Assembly: GCA_041662125.1 (NCBI GenBank)
Contig: JBAZTA010000002.1
Location: 204,154-268,153 of the forward strand
Origin: Candidatus Omnitrophota bacterium
Lineage (GTDB): Bacteria; Omnitrophota; Gorgyraeia; Gygaellales; Profunditerraquicolaceae
Length of the DNA: 64,000 bases
Direction of reading: 5' to 3'
The first letter of the stretch is position 1. Every line of letters starts with the position of its first letter. The position numbers were made by a program, and so were the translations under genes. The notes under the pieces are model-generated. The model saw only the letters and a program-made list of their open reading frames with translations, made no database searches and was not told where the DNA came from. This document shows positions 18,568 to 27,561 of the stretch, piece after piece.

Positions 18568-18685
18568 AAGACCCGGTCTTGACTTGTGGTTTTTAATTAT
18601 TGATAAGACCGGGTCTTAAAGTGGAACTAACTAAAAAGACCGGGTCTTGGATTTGAATCTTAGGTTATAGAAAAGACCCGGTCTT
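18568..18685. repeat. four copies of palindrome AAGACC(S)GGTCTT
   Basis: Copies at 18568-18580, 18605-18617, 18636-18648, 18673-18685 between convergent gene and tRNA-Leu. Confidence 0.8.
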
Positions 18686-18764
18686 AAGGTGTTGTTGCTT
18701 ATATTTTAGATAGAGGAAGTAATCGGTACAAGACTGGATTGGCAGACGGTGCTAATAAATAAAA

Positions 18765-18851
18765 CTGGTGCCGGGAGAGGGAGTTGAACCCACACGAGGT
18801 TGCCCTCAACAGCTTTTGAGGCTGCCGCGTCTGCCATTTCGCCATCCCGGC
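18765..18851 (-). tRNA. tRNA-Leu (anticodon CAA)
   Basis: Reverse complement gives GCCGGGA acceptor stem, anticodon loop CUCAAAA, long variable arm, ...CCCGGCACCA 3' end with encoded CCA. Confidence 0.8.
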
Positions 18852-19026
18852 GCAACCAAAAACAAAATTTTTTTAAGTTGACGCCATCTATTTTATATTC
18901 TAAAATAGGAAAGGTCAACTAATATAATATCTCATCATAATTTCTTTCCAATTCTCTGCGGTATATATAAGTATCCCTGGCGGGAAGTGACGGCGGGGTG
19001 CTTCGATAGTATTTTAAAGTTCAAAT

Positions 19027-19066
19027 GGGGCTGTAGCTCAGCTGGGAGAGCACTTGCATGGCATGC
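19027..19066 (+). other. 5' 40-nt fragment of tRNA-Ala (direct repeat of 22144-22183); putative att remnant
   Basis: Identical 40 nt GGGGCTGTAGCTCAGCTGGGAGAGCACTTGCATGGCATGC, then diverges into AT-rich DNA. Confidence 0.7.
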
Positions 19067-19186
19067 GACGAGATAAGACGAAGAAATACGCTTAGCTCAT
19101 CGCTGATTTATTTCTAAGGCTCTACAAGGTTTTACAGATTTTATAGAGGCTTTAGTTAAAAATTGATAAATATATTAAGATAGTCA

Positions 19187-19741
19187 ATGGATAAGAATCC
19201 TTTTAGTACTATTCTTGGAGCTTCTGTTAATGTTTATAAGGAAGAGTTTGGGGAAGAAGCTTACCTGGAAGGGCTTGCCAATAAATTTGTGCAAAAAGAT
19301 CCCAAGAACTTTTCTTCAGTCCGCAGTATAGTTTTAGATGTTCACTTTCGGTTAGAAACCATTCTAAATATTATCCTAAAATGGTATCTCTGTTTTTATA
19401 ATAAAAAAAAGATATTTTTTTCAAAGGAAGACTACTATAAACTTGGTGATGTTGTTAGTAATATTGATTACGCTAAAAAATTAGCGATTGTTGAGCTGTT
19501 AAAAATTTTTAATAAGCAAACAGTTAAAATATTCTGGAAAACTAATGACTTGCGCGTCGCCTTTTCCCATAATTATAAAAAAGATAGCCCTAAGTATCTA
19601 TTCTATGGAGAATCTATTTTTAAACGTAAATCGGTTGACAAGTTAATAGACGGCTTAGAATTAGTGAGAGAGGAATTTCTTAGTTTTATTGTAAGTGAAG
19701 ATGATGCTTCTCCAGAAGTGAATCCCGAATTCCCGGTCTAA
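19187..19741 (+). CDS. hypothetical protein, possible HEPN/Abi-like (Rx4H motif)
   Basis: AT-rich ORF in islet; LRVAFSHN contains Rx4H, the HEPN/Abi_2-type motif; otherwise unrecognised. Confidence 0.4.
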   Translation: MDKNPFSTILGASVNVYKEEFGEEAYLEGLANKFVQKDPKNFSSVRSIVLDVHFRLETILNIILKWYLCFYNKKKIFFSKEDYYKLGDVVSNIDYAKKLAIVELLKIFNKQTVKIFWKTNDLRVAFSHNYKKDSPKYLFYGESIFKRKSVDKLIDGLELVREEFLSFIVSEDDASPEVNPEFPV

Positions 19742-19800
19742 AATCATTCCTCTGGACAGCAAGATCTTTAGGGTGGAATATAATTCAAGGAGTGATACTT

Positions 19801-19953
19801 ATGGATACTAAATGGATAATAGGATTAGTAGTGGTGGTAATTTGTGCTTTTATACCTGTAATATTCAAGAAGAAATCTAAGCAAAGCCAGTCCCAAGAGC
19901 AAAAAGTTAAGGGCGAAGGTTATCAGAAGCAATCTCAAAAGCAGGGAGAGTGA
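19801..19953 (+). CDS. small single-TM protein (50 aa)
   Basis: aggagtga SD then ATG; MDTKWIIGLVVVVICAFIPVIF TM helix then K/Q/E-rich tail; below the ORF-track length cutoff. Confidence 0.3.
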   Translation: MDTKWIIGLVVVVICAFIPVIFKKKSKQSQSQEQKVKGEGYQKQSQKQGE

Positions 19954-19954
19954 T

Positions 19955-20263
19955 ATGTTAAATGATAAGCAGGGACAGAATCAGCAGCAAAATGTAGCTA
20001 TTGGTTTTGAAAAGCATGGAGTAGTGACTGAAGTCCATTGCCCGTTTTATACCGATGAACGCACAACGTATTTAAAAGATCGCCGAGATTATGGCAGTGG
20101 GCAAGAAGGGCTTCTGAATAAAAAATTATATTTCGATTCTCAATTAGTTAGAGTTATTGTTTATGAAGGGAAAGCAAGACCTATTTGCCATCTCTTTGAT
20201 AGTGCTTCGAGAAAGTGTCTGAAGAAAAAAGAAGAAAATACGCAGTGCCACATAGTAATGTAG
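19955..20263 (+). CDS. hypothetical Cys/His-containing small protein
   Basis: HCPFY ... CHLFD ... RKCLKK ... QCH possible metal-binding residues; start overlaps previous stop (ATGA-type coupling). Confidence 0.4.
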   Translation: MLNDKQGQNQQQNVAIGFEKHGVVTEVHCPFYTDERTTYLKDRRDYGSGQEGLLNKKLYFDSQLVRVIVYEGKARPICHLFDSASRKCLKKKEENTQCHIVM

Positions 20264-20281
20264 CCAAAAGCGTTTATCACT

Positions 20282-20995
20282 ATGGAATTACTTAACCCAA
20301 AAAAATCCCCTGAACAAAATTTATCTGATTACATCAAATTCTTCAAAAAACACCCTGCCATTTCTATAGTTGTTATCGTAGTAATATTGGCTTTGTCGGG
20401 ATGGAATATTTATTTGCAATATACTGGTAAGAGAATTAATGAATGTGAACAGACAATCAGCGCATTAAACAGAGAACTTGAAGCTAAGAGGGCAGAAATT
20501 CAGCGGCTCGAAACTCAATTGGTGCCGTTTAGAACTTTTGCATTGGAACATTATCCAGGGTCAGAAGCTGAGGCTTTGGCTAAGCTTGCTCAAAAAATCA
20601 CAGATATGGAGTTAACAATTGTCGCGTTGCGTGATTATGGTGATATCGCTAAGCTTGGTCCTATGGGAAGCGCAATAGTTGGCGGCAGAGGTATTAAATT
20701 TTCAACTCCACTTTCTCGAATGATGGAAGGAACTTGTGAAATAACCGGTGATCAAGCTGTCTTTATTCTCACCCCTGAAGCAGAAACTAAGAGTATGGCA
20801 GTTATAGAAAAGTTTCCTAATTTTCCATTCGCTTATTATCATGTTGCGCTCTGTTTTAGAGCGCGTAATGATAATAAATGGAGAACCTACGCTCAAAAGG
20901 CGAAAGAGATTTTTGAAATAACTACAACTATAGGTGGGCATGTCAAAAGTCATGATGAAGCTTTAGAAAATATTTTAATTTTCTTAAGACAATGA
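20282..20995 (+). CDS. hypothetical membrane protein (N-terminal TM, coiled coil)
   Basis: TM helix ISIVVIVVILALSGW then heptad-like region ALNRELEAKRAEIQRLETQL. Confidence 0.5.
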   Translation: MELLNPKKSPEQNLSDYIKFFKKHPAISIVVIVVILALSGWNIYLQYTGKRINECEQTISALNRELEAKRAEIQRLETQLVPFRTFALEHYPGSEAEALAKLAQKITDMELTIVALRDYGDIAKLGPMGSAIVGGRGIKFSTPLSRMMEGTCEITGDQAVFILTPEAETKSMAVIEKFPNFPFAYYHVALCFRARNDNKWRTYAQKAKEIFEITTTIGGHVKSHDEALENILIFLRQ

Positions 20996-21696
20996 ACGAT
21001 CTCATCTTGAAGTTTATAACTGAAATTCCTATTGATTATTCTTGGTTTTTTAGCACGCTGGCGCAGTCTTTAGCTGCTTTGATTAGCATCGGTGGTGTGT
21101 TTATCATCTATAGATTGCAGCTTTTAGAGAATGAGAATAAAGAAACAGTGCAGAATCTGCAAAGATATTTGTACCCATCTCAGCCAGAAAAACTTTTTTA
21201 TCTAACTAAAAGAGAAACTTTAACACGCGCTGATTATGAATGGAAAAGTTGTGAATCTCAAATAAAAGAACAGACGTTAGTAATTAAAGACATAGATCAA
21301 AGAATTAAAAATGAAAAGGAAGAAACTAAAGTACTTGAGAGCCGTAAGTCAGATTGTACTAACATTATAGGGTGGAATAAAGAAAGAATCTCTGGTTTTG
21401 ATGAAAGAGTATCAAAGCTTGTTGGGGGAGAAAAGTATAAAAACACTATTCAATGGGCTGCTTTTATTACATTTTTGTTTATGATGATCGTTTTCGTTTT
21501 AAGTTTGTTAGGTTTGATTTTTAGTAAATATCTTGAGAATAATATAGGGGTTGGAAATGAAGCTGTGCTTAACATATTTATTCTTTTGCTTGGGGCTTTA
21601 ACACAATTAACGTTGTGCTGCATGGCAGGACTTAATATTGGTAGGCCCGCTCTAAAAGCAATTTCTGAAAATACTGCTAAAAACAAAGCACTGTAG
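20992..21696 (+). CDS. hypothetical membrane protein (1 N-terminal + 2 C-terminal TM, coiled coil)
   Basis: Overlaps previous gene by 4 nt; TM segments at N- and C-termini. Confidence 0.5.
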   Translation: MNDLILKFITEIPIDYSWFFSTLAQSLAALISIGGVFIIYRLQLLENENKETVQNLQRYLYPSQPEKLFYLTKRETLTRADYEWKSCESQIKEQTLVIKDIDQRIKNEKEETKVLESRKSDCTNIIGWNKERISGFDERVSKLVGGEKYKNTIQWAAFITFLFMMIVFVLSLLGLIFSKYLENNIGVGNEAVLNIFILLLGALTQLTLCCMAGLNIGRPALKAISENTAKNKAL

Positions 21697-21787
21697 AATA
21701 TACTTATTTCTTGCTTTATCGGCGAGATGTAAATATTCCTACCTTGCCGATTTGGCAAAATAATTCTGACGGAAAGACGTTAAATAA

Positions 21788-22018
21788 TTGAGCGCTTACG
21801 TGTTCCCGGAAAAGGAGGGCTCAAGAACAACAACCAATAGGAAAATTTTCTCGACAGTAGTAAGAAAAGCAGGTATAATTAACTTCAGTTTTAGATATCA
21901 CGATTTGAAGCATACTTACGTAAGTCAGCTTATCGTTTTCGGCGTAGACATAATTTTAAATACATATGCGCATAGTAGCGAAGCTCGAAAGCAGAAGGCT
22001 GTTAAACGATCTATATGA
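21788..22018 (+). pseudogene. tyrosine recombinase/integrase C-terminal fragment
   Basis: HDLKHTYVSQLIVFGVDIILNTYAHSS matches catalytic R-H-x-x-R...H...Y region pattern (HDLRHTxAS...G.D...LGHSS); only 76 aa, no N-terminal domains. Confidence 0.6.
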
Positions 22019-22143
22019 GCGATTAGCTGCGACTGCGTTGCCAGAAGCGTCAAGGATTGATGAAAAATTGATAGAGTCAATTAAAGAGATAATACCTGCC
22101 AATATTGATGTTCTTTTCTAAATCTTTGATAATATAATATTAA

Positions 22144-22219
22144 GTAATAATTTGGGGCTGTAGCTCAGCTGGGAGAGCACTTGCATGGCATGCAAGGGGT
22201 CAGGAGTTCGATCCTCCTC
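22144..22219 (+). tRNA. tRNA-Ala (anticodon GGC)
   Basis: GGGGCUGUAGCUCAGCUGGGAGAGCACUUGCAUGGCAUGCAAG... G3:U70 Ala identity element, TΨC GGTTCGATCC-like arm, encoded CCA. Confidence 0.9.
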
Positions 22220-22499
22220 AGCTCCACCAACTTTTCCCGACAAGGGAAAAGTTGGTGGACGTCGCAATGAGCGTTGCGAGGCGACAAGCCGAGCAGCGAA
22301 TGCGACGCCACCACCTAAATACATTCCGACAAAGGAAAATTAAAGCAAGTAACTATAGGGGACGTTTCAACGTCCCCTATTTCATTGTAGTAGCATTCAA
22401 AAAACCGCTGAATATACTATAAAAGTGATATAATAATAAAATCGTTAAGTAATGTATCTTTGGGATTATTCAATTAGTGATAAGATTTCAAGACCGGGT

Positions 22500-22592
22500 C
22501 TTATCAATAATAAAGTACGACCGTTCAAGACCCGGTCTTGTTACAGGGCACTACCTGTCAAGACCCGGTCTTATGAATCATGTTTACCCCGA
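22500..22592. repeat. three copies of palindrome AAGACC(S)GGTCTT (composite unit)
   Basis: 22500-22512, 22547-22559, 22580-22592. Confidence 0.8.
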
Positions 22593-22646
22593 GCTTGTCA
22601 AGGGGGGGCTTATTGGAAGCAGTGGAGGAATAAACGGAGGTAAGAG

Positions 22647-23087
22647 ATGAGAAATGTAATTGTATTCATGCTATGTCTATTTTTTATTTCGATGGTTAAA
22701 GTTGGCCTAACCGAAGAGCCGCGGAGCGTTAAGCCAATTGATGAATCCAAAGCTTTAGGCCCGCTTGGGAAGAGTTTTTATAATGAAATAGCTAAATTAG
22801 ATAAAACGGAACAAAAAATTATTTATTCTGCTTATATTTCAGGTTTTTTAGATGGTGTAATATCTCAAAAAGCACAGGAAATTAATGCAAAAGAATTAAG
22901 TTTTGTTAATAATTTTCTTGAGATTTGTAAGGGGATGACAGAAGAACAGCTCGCCGATATGATGTTAGAATATTATGAAAAAAATCCTGGTGATAGAGAT
23001 CAAATGCCTATGCTTGTTCTAACCGTAGTAATTCCTAGATTAAAAAAAGGATTATCTCCTTATGGGCCACAAGAATTGAGGAATTAA
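22647..23087 (+). CDS. hypothetical secreted protein (AT-rich)
   Basis: Signal peptide; flanked on both sides by palindrome clusters; SD ggaggtaaga. Confidence 0.5.
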   Translation: MRNVIVFMLCLFFISMVKVGLTEEPRSVKPIDESKALGPLGKSFYNEIAKLDKTEQKIIYSAYISGFLDGVISQKAQEINAKELSFVNNFLEICKGMTEEQLADMMLEYYEKNPGDRDQMPMLVLTVVIPRLKKGLSPYGPQELRN

Positions 23088-23096
23088 CGCAATTTT

Positions 23097-23146
23097 AAGA
23101 CCGGGTCTTATCAATGATAAAGCACTACCTGTCAAGACCCGGTCTT
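23097..23146. repeat. two copies of palindrome AAGACC(S)GGTCTT
   Basis: 23097-23109, 23134-23146; near-identical to unit at 22500-22592. Confidence 0.8.
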
Positions 23147-23180
23147 ATGAACTATGTGATTATTTTACCTGGGAGGTTCT

Positions 23181-23795
23181 ATGTCAACTTGTCCATATAG
23201 TAGCGGCCCTGCGTCATATGTACCGTTTCTTGTGCCTGTCGTGTGGTTTGGGGTTTTTTTCTCGATCATGTATTTTATGAATAAGAAAAATAAAGAAGCC
23301 CTTAAGAATCTGTCTAGTTGTTTAAAGGGAAGCCTTTCTAAATCATTTTTCTTGAACGCCTTTGAAGGGCAGTATGAAGGTTTGCCGTTACAAATTTCTC
23401 TGACCCCCGGTAGTAAAAATACCCCTCCGTATTTAAGGATAAGCTTAACAAAAGAATCGACGTTTAAATTAACTATCTATAAAGAATCGGGCTTGAGTAT
23501 CCTTGGAGAGAAACTCGGGTTAGTCCACGAAGTTAAAGTCAATGATGAGGCTTTTGATAAAGAGTTTTTGATCTTTTCCAATAATGCAAACCGCGCTATG
23601 AGTTATCTTGCCGGCAGTATAGAGAAGAGAAACGCGATACGGGAATTATTCAACCATGGTTTTAATGCTGTCATTATTGACGGTAAAAGAATTTTAATTC
23701 AGAAGCCACGCTATAATGTAGATTATGACCTTCAGCCGCTCCAGGTAACTTCTGCGTTGCAAAAACTCGGTATTTTAGTGAAGGGGATATTCTAA
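23181..23795 (+). CDS. hypothetical membrane protein (AT-rich)
   Basis: N-terminal TM helix VPFLVPVVWFGVFFSIMYF; SD gggagg. Confidence 0.5.
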   Translation: MSTCPYSSGPASYVPFLVPVVWFGVFFSIMYFMNKKNKEALKNLSSCLKGSLSKSFFLNAFEGQYEGLPLQISLTPGSKNTPPYLRISLTKESTFKLTIYKESGLSILGEKLGLVHEVKVNDEAFDKEFLIFSNNANRAMSYLAGSIEKRNAIRELFNHGFNAVIIDGKRILIQKPRYNVDYDLQPLQVTSALQKLGILVKGIF

Positions 23796-23843
23796 GACCG
23801 GGTCTTATCAATAATAAAGTACGACCGTTCAAGACCCGGTCTT
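23794..23843. repeat. two copies of palindrome AAGACC(S)GGTCTT
   Basis: 23794-23806, 23831-23843; unit identical to 22500-22559. Confidence 0.8.
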
Positions 23844-23893
23844 GTTGCTAACTTTCCCTTGTGGATACGGGTAGCCTAAGGTATAATTATTTT

Positions 23894-24745
23894 ATGAAAT
23901 TAGGCGTCCATGTTTCAACTGCAGGGCATATTTACGAAGCAGTCAATCGCGCGGCGGCTTTAGGTTGTAACACCATGCAGATATTTTCGCGTGATCCCTT
24001 GCAGTGGCGTAAGTCGCATCTGAAAAAAGAAGATATTGATGAATTCCTGAAATTACGCTCCCAGCATCAGATTGCGCCTGTTTTCGCGCATGTGTCGTAT
24101 TTGATCAATTTAGCTTCCCCGTATAATATCTTATATCGCAGCTCAGTTAAAGCCTATATCGAAGATATCAAGGAAGCTCAGAGCCTGGGTATCGAGTATA
24201 TCGTAACCCACATGGGAAGCCATAAAGAAAGCGGCGAAGAAAAAGGGTTAAAACGGATAACCGCTGCCATTAACCGGATCTTAGATAAAACCAAAGATCA
24301 TTCGGTTTCGATCCTGTTGGAGAATACCGCAGGTGCTGGCTCCTGGCTGGGGTATACATTCGAACATCAACGCCAGATCATTGATAACGTTGAGAATAAG
24401 TCGCGGATAGGGGTTTGTTTTGATACCTGTCATGGTTTTGCGGCAGGATATGATTTGTCGACTTTAGCCGGGTATAAGGAAACTATTTCGCAATTAGACA
24501 ATATTGTCGGGATCGATAAACTTAAGCTTATCCATCTCAACGATTCTAAAGATAAATTGTCCAGCCACCGGGACCGGCATGAGCATATCGGTAAAGGAGA
24601 GATCGGCTTGGAAGGGTTTCGCCGTCTGGTGAATGACCCACGGCTGAAAAATGTTTCTTTTATCCTGGAAACTCCCAAAGATGCGGATGATGCTGACCGT
24701 AAAAATCTGGATACAGTCAGGAAATTAAGAAAGGGTAAAGATTAA
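23894..24745 (+). CDS. nfo: endonuclease IV (AP endonuclease family 2)
   Basis: MKLGVHVS...; conserved His/Asp/Glu metal ligands of Nfo TIM-barrel (HxxY, ENTAG, DTCH, HLNDS). Confidence 0.85.
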   Translation: MKLGVHVSTAGHIYEAVNRAAALGCNTMQIFSRDPLQWRKSHLKKEDIDEFLKLRSQHQIAPVFAHVSYLINLASPYNILYRSSVKAYIEDIKEAQSLGIEYIVTHMGSHKESGEEKGLKRITAAINRILDKTKDHSVSILLENTAGAGSWLGYTFEHQRQIIDNVENKSRIGVCFDTCHGFAAGYDLSTLAGYKETISQLDNIVGIDKLKLIHLNDSKDKLSSHRDRHEHIGKGEIGLEGFRRLVNDPRLKNVSFILETPKDADDADRKNLDTVRKLRKGKD

Positions 24746-24747
24746 TC

Positions 24748-25137
24748 ATGGCATATAAAGTATTGATCGCTGATGATGATAAAGAGATCGTGGATATTAC
24801 GCGTTCACGGCTGCTGCGTGAAGGCTATGAAGTTTCAATCGCCTATGACGGGGAAGAGGCGTTACTGAGGGCAAAAGAAGATAATCCTGATCTCATTCTT
24901 TTAGATTTAACCATGCCGAAATTAAACGGCTTCGAGGTTTTAAAAGAGATACGTTCAACCTTACTTGATAAATGGCGGCCGGTTATTATTATCAGCGCCC
25001 AGGCGGAGCTGGAGACTTTGAAAACCTGTTATAATATGGAAGCAGACCATTATTTAACCAAGCCTTGCCAAATGGAAGATATTTTACGCGGGATACAAAC
25101 GATGCTATCCTTGATCCCCGTTCGCATACAGCGTTAA
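24748..25137 (+). CDS. single-domain response regulator (CheY-like receiver)
   Basis: KVLIADDD ... DLILLDLTMP ... K receiver residues; 129 aa. Confidence 0.8.
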   Translation: MAYKVLIADDDKEIVDITRSRLLREGYEVSIAYDGEEALLRAKEDNPDLILLDLTMPKLNGFEVLKEIRSTLLDKWRPVIIISAQAELETLKTCYNMEADHYLTKPCQMEDILRGIQTMLSLIPVRIQR

Positions 25138-25145
25138 CCTAACCC

Positions 25146-27545
25146 ATGAACTATTCATTCAAAGAAATAGAAGAAAAGTGGCAGAAGCTTTGGGAAGAAG
25201 GGCAGGTTTTTAAAGCTGTCTTTGACGCCGCAAAACCTAAATATTACCTTTTGGAGATGTTCCCTTATCCGTCGGGAAAGATCCATATGGGCCATGTGCG
25301 TAATTACACGATCGGCGATGTTGCCGCGCGCTACCGTATGATGCGCGGGTTTAATGTTTTGCATCCCATGGGGTTTGACGCTTTCGGACAGCCAGCGGAA
25401 AACGCTGCGATAAAAAATAAGACCAAGCCTGATACCTGGACTCATCAATGTATTGAGTCGATGGAAACCGAGCTTAAGAAAATGGGTTTTTCCTATGATT
25501 GGGCGAGGGAGGTTTCTACCTGTGACAGTGATTATTACCGTTGGAACCAGTGGATATTCCTGAAGATGTTCGAACGCGGCCTTGCTTATAAAAAAGCCTC
25601 AAATGTGAACTGGTGCCCCTCTTGCGAGACGACCTTGGCTAACGAAGAAGTTGTTGATGGAGAATGTTGGCGCTGCCATTCAAAAGTAGAGCAAAAGGAT
25701 TTAGAACAGTGGTTTCTAAAGATCACCGAGTATAAAGAACGTTTACTTGAAGACCTATTCTTGCTCAATGACTGGCCGGAGCGGGTCAGGGCTATGCAGA
25801 CCAACTGGATCGGCAAGAGCCAGGGTGTAGAGATCTATTTCCCGCTTAAAGACAGCGATAAGGTTATTCCTGTTTTTACCACGCGCGCGGATACTATTTT
25901 CGGCGCCACCTACGTTGTGTTAGCCCCGGAGCATCCGCTGGTTAAAGAAATAATTAAGGGTAATCCCCTGGAAAAAACGGTGCTTGCGTTTATCGAGAAA
26001 GTCGCCAAAGAATCCAAAGATGTGCGCACCAAAGAAGACGTGAAAAAGGAAGGGATGTTTACCGGATGCTCTTGTATTAATCCGGTTAATAATGAAGTTA
26101 TCCCGATATGGATCGCTGACTATGTGTTAATGGAATATGGCACGGGTGCGATCATGGCTGTGCCGACCCATGACCAAAGAGATTTTCTTTTTGCCAAAGA
26201 GCATCGCTTGCCGATGCGCGTTGTCATCGAGCCTCTCGGCCATCGGCCGCTCACTGTCGAACAGCTAACCGAAGCCTATGAATCCGACGGTATCCAGGTC
26301 AATTCCGGCCTGTTTAACGGCTTACCGAACCAGGAAGCCAAGTTTAAGATAGCGCAGTGGATGGAAGAAGAAAAAATGGGTTCGATCAAAGTCCACTGGC
26401 GCCTGCGCGACTGGTTGATCTCCCGTCAGCGGTATTGGGGCACGCCTATCCCGATGATCTATTGCAAGAAGTGCGGGATAGTGCCTGTGCCGTATAAAGA
26501 TTTGCCGGTTGAATTGCCGAAAGACGCTCCTTTTACCGGTGAAGGGGGAAGCCCTTTAAGTAAGGTCAGTGAATTCGTTAATGTTACGTGCCCGAAGTGT
26601 TCTGCTCCTGCCCGTCGGGAAACCGATACTATGGCTACTTTTTTTGATTCTTCCTGGTATTTCCTGCGCTTCTGTTCGCCAAAATGTAACGAAATGCCTT
26701 TTGATGCCAAAGAAGCGAAATATTGGATGCCGGTCGATCAGTATATCGGAGGCATTGAACATGCGATCTTGCATCTTTTGTATTCCCGTTTCTTCACTAA
26801 ATTTTTTCAGGACTTGGGGTTGATCTGTTTTAATGAGCCGTTTAAACGCCTTTTAACCCAGGGGATGGTTTTAAAAGACGGGGAGGTAATGTCAAAGTCC
26901 CGCGGTAATATCGTTGACCCTGATTCGATGATCCAGAAATACGGCGCTGATACGTTGCGCTTGTTCATCCTGTTCGCTGCTCCTCCTGAAACGGAATTAG
27001 AATGGGATGACCGGGGCCTTGAAGGCGCCTTTAAGTTCTTAAACCGTATCTGGCGTATACAAGAAAATTTAAAAGAGAAAGCTGATCCCGCGCTGACACG
27101 CGCTTTGCATAAAGCGATCAAAAGAGTCAGTGAAGATGTGGAGAGTTTTAAATTTAATACTGCGATAGCCGGTTTAATGGAGTTTGTTAATACGATCTAT
27201 CAGTCAGGAGCGGATAAGGAAATATTTTCCAAACTGATCATCCTGGCAGCTCCTTTTATCCCTCATTTTGCCGAGGAATTGTGGCAGAGTATGGGGAACA
27301 AAGAAAGTATTTTTAAAGCTTCCTGGCCTTCCTATGATCCTCAAATGCTCGTTGAAGAGAATGTTACCGTTGCCGTTCAAGTCAATGGTAAGGTTCGTTC
27401 AAAGCTTGAAGTCCCCGTGGATATCGGCGATGATGCATTAAAAGATCTCGTCCTTGCCGATGAAAAACTAAAACCCTGGATAGAGGGGCATGCCATTAAG
27501 AATTTTATTGTAGTCCCGCGTAAGATCGTCAATATTGTGATTTAA
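25146..27545 (+). CDS. leuS: leucyl-tRNA synthetase
   Basis: HMGHVRNY (HIGH), VMSKSRGN (KMSKS), CP1 editing and zinc-binding Cys motifs; 799 aa. Confidence 0.95.
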   Translation: MNYSFKEIEEKWQKLWEEGQVFKAVFDAAKPKYYLLEMFPYPSGKIHMGHVRNYTIGDVAARYRMMRGFNVLHPMGFDAFGQPAENAAIKNKTKPDTWTHQCIESMETELKKMGFSYDWAREVSTCDSDYYRWNQWIFLKMFERGLAYKKASNVNWCPSCETTLANEEVVDGECWRCHSKVEQKDLEQWFLKITEYKERLLEDLFLLNDWPERVRAMQTNWIGKSQGVEIYFPLKDSDKVIPVFTTRADTIFGATYVVLAPEHPLVKEIIKGNPLEKTVLAFIEKVAKESKDVRTKEDVKKEGMFTGCSCINPVNNEVIPIWIADYVLMEYGTGAIMAVPTHDQRDFLFAKEHRLPMRVVIEPLGHRPLTVEQLTEAYESDGIQVNSGLFNGLPNQEAKFKIAQWMEEEKMGSIKVHWRLRDWLISRQRYWGTPIPMIYCKKCGIVPVPYKDLPVELPKDAPFTGEGGSPLSKVSEFVNVTCPKCSAPARRETDTMATFFDSSWYFLRFCSPKCNEMPFDAKEAKYWMPVDQYIGGIEHAILHLLYSRFFTKFFQDLGLICFNEPFKRLLTQGMVLKDGEVMSKSRGNIVDPDSMIQKYGADTLRLFILFAAPPETELEWDDRGLEGAFKFLNRIWRIQENLKEKADPALTRALHKAIKRVSEDVESFKFNTAIAGLMEFVNTIYQSGADKEIFSKLIILAAPFIPHFAEELWQSMGNKESIFKASWPSYDPQMLVEENVTVAVQVNGKVRSKLEVPVDIGDDALKDLVLADEKLKPWIEGHAIKNFIVVPRKIVNIVI

Positions 27546-27561
27546 GGATTTAAGCCTGCGT

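Noticed and set aside
19801-19953. Considered whether the 50-aa TM peptide is real
   Set aside because: Not rejected outright (kept at low confidence) because it has an SD and fills the gap in an otherwise tightly packed operon. Flagged here because it is below the ORF-track cutoff and unverified.
22452-22643. 63-aa ORF
   Set aside because: Lies entirely within the palindrome repeat cluster (22500-22592); its amino-acid sequence is a translation of AAGACCGGGTCTT units (KTRSCY, QDPVL). No SD.
25155-27121. Antisense/alternative-frame ORFs within leuS
   Set aside because: Same reasoning: leuS is intact with HIGH and KMSKS motifs.
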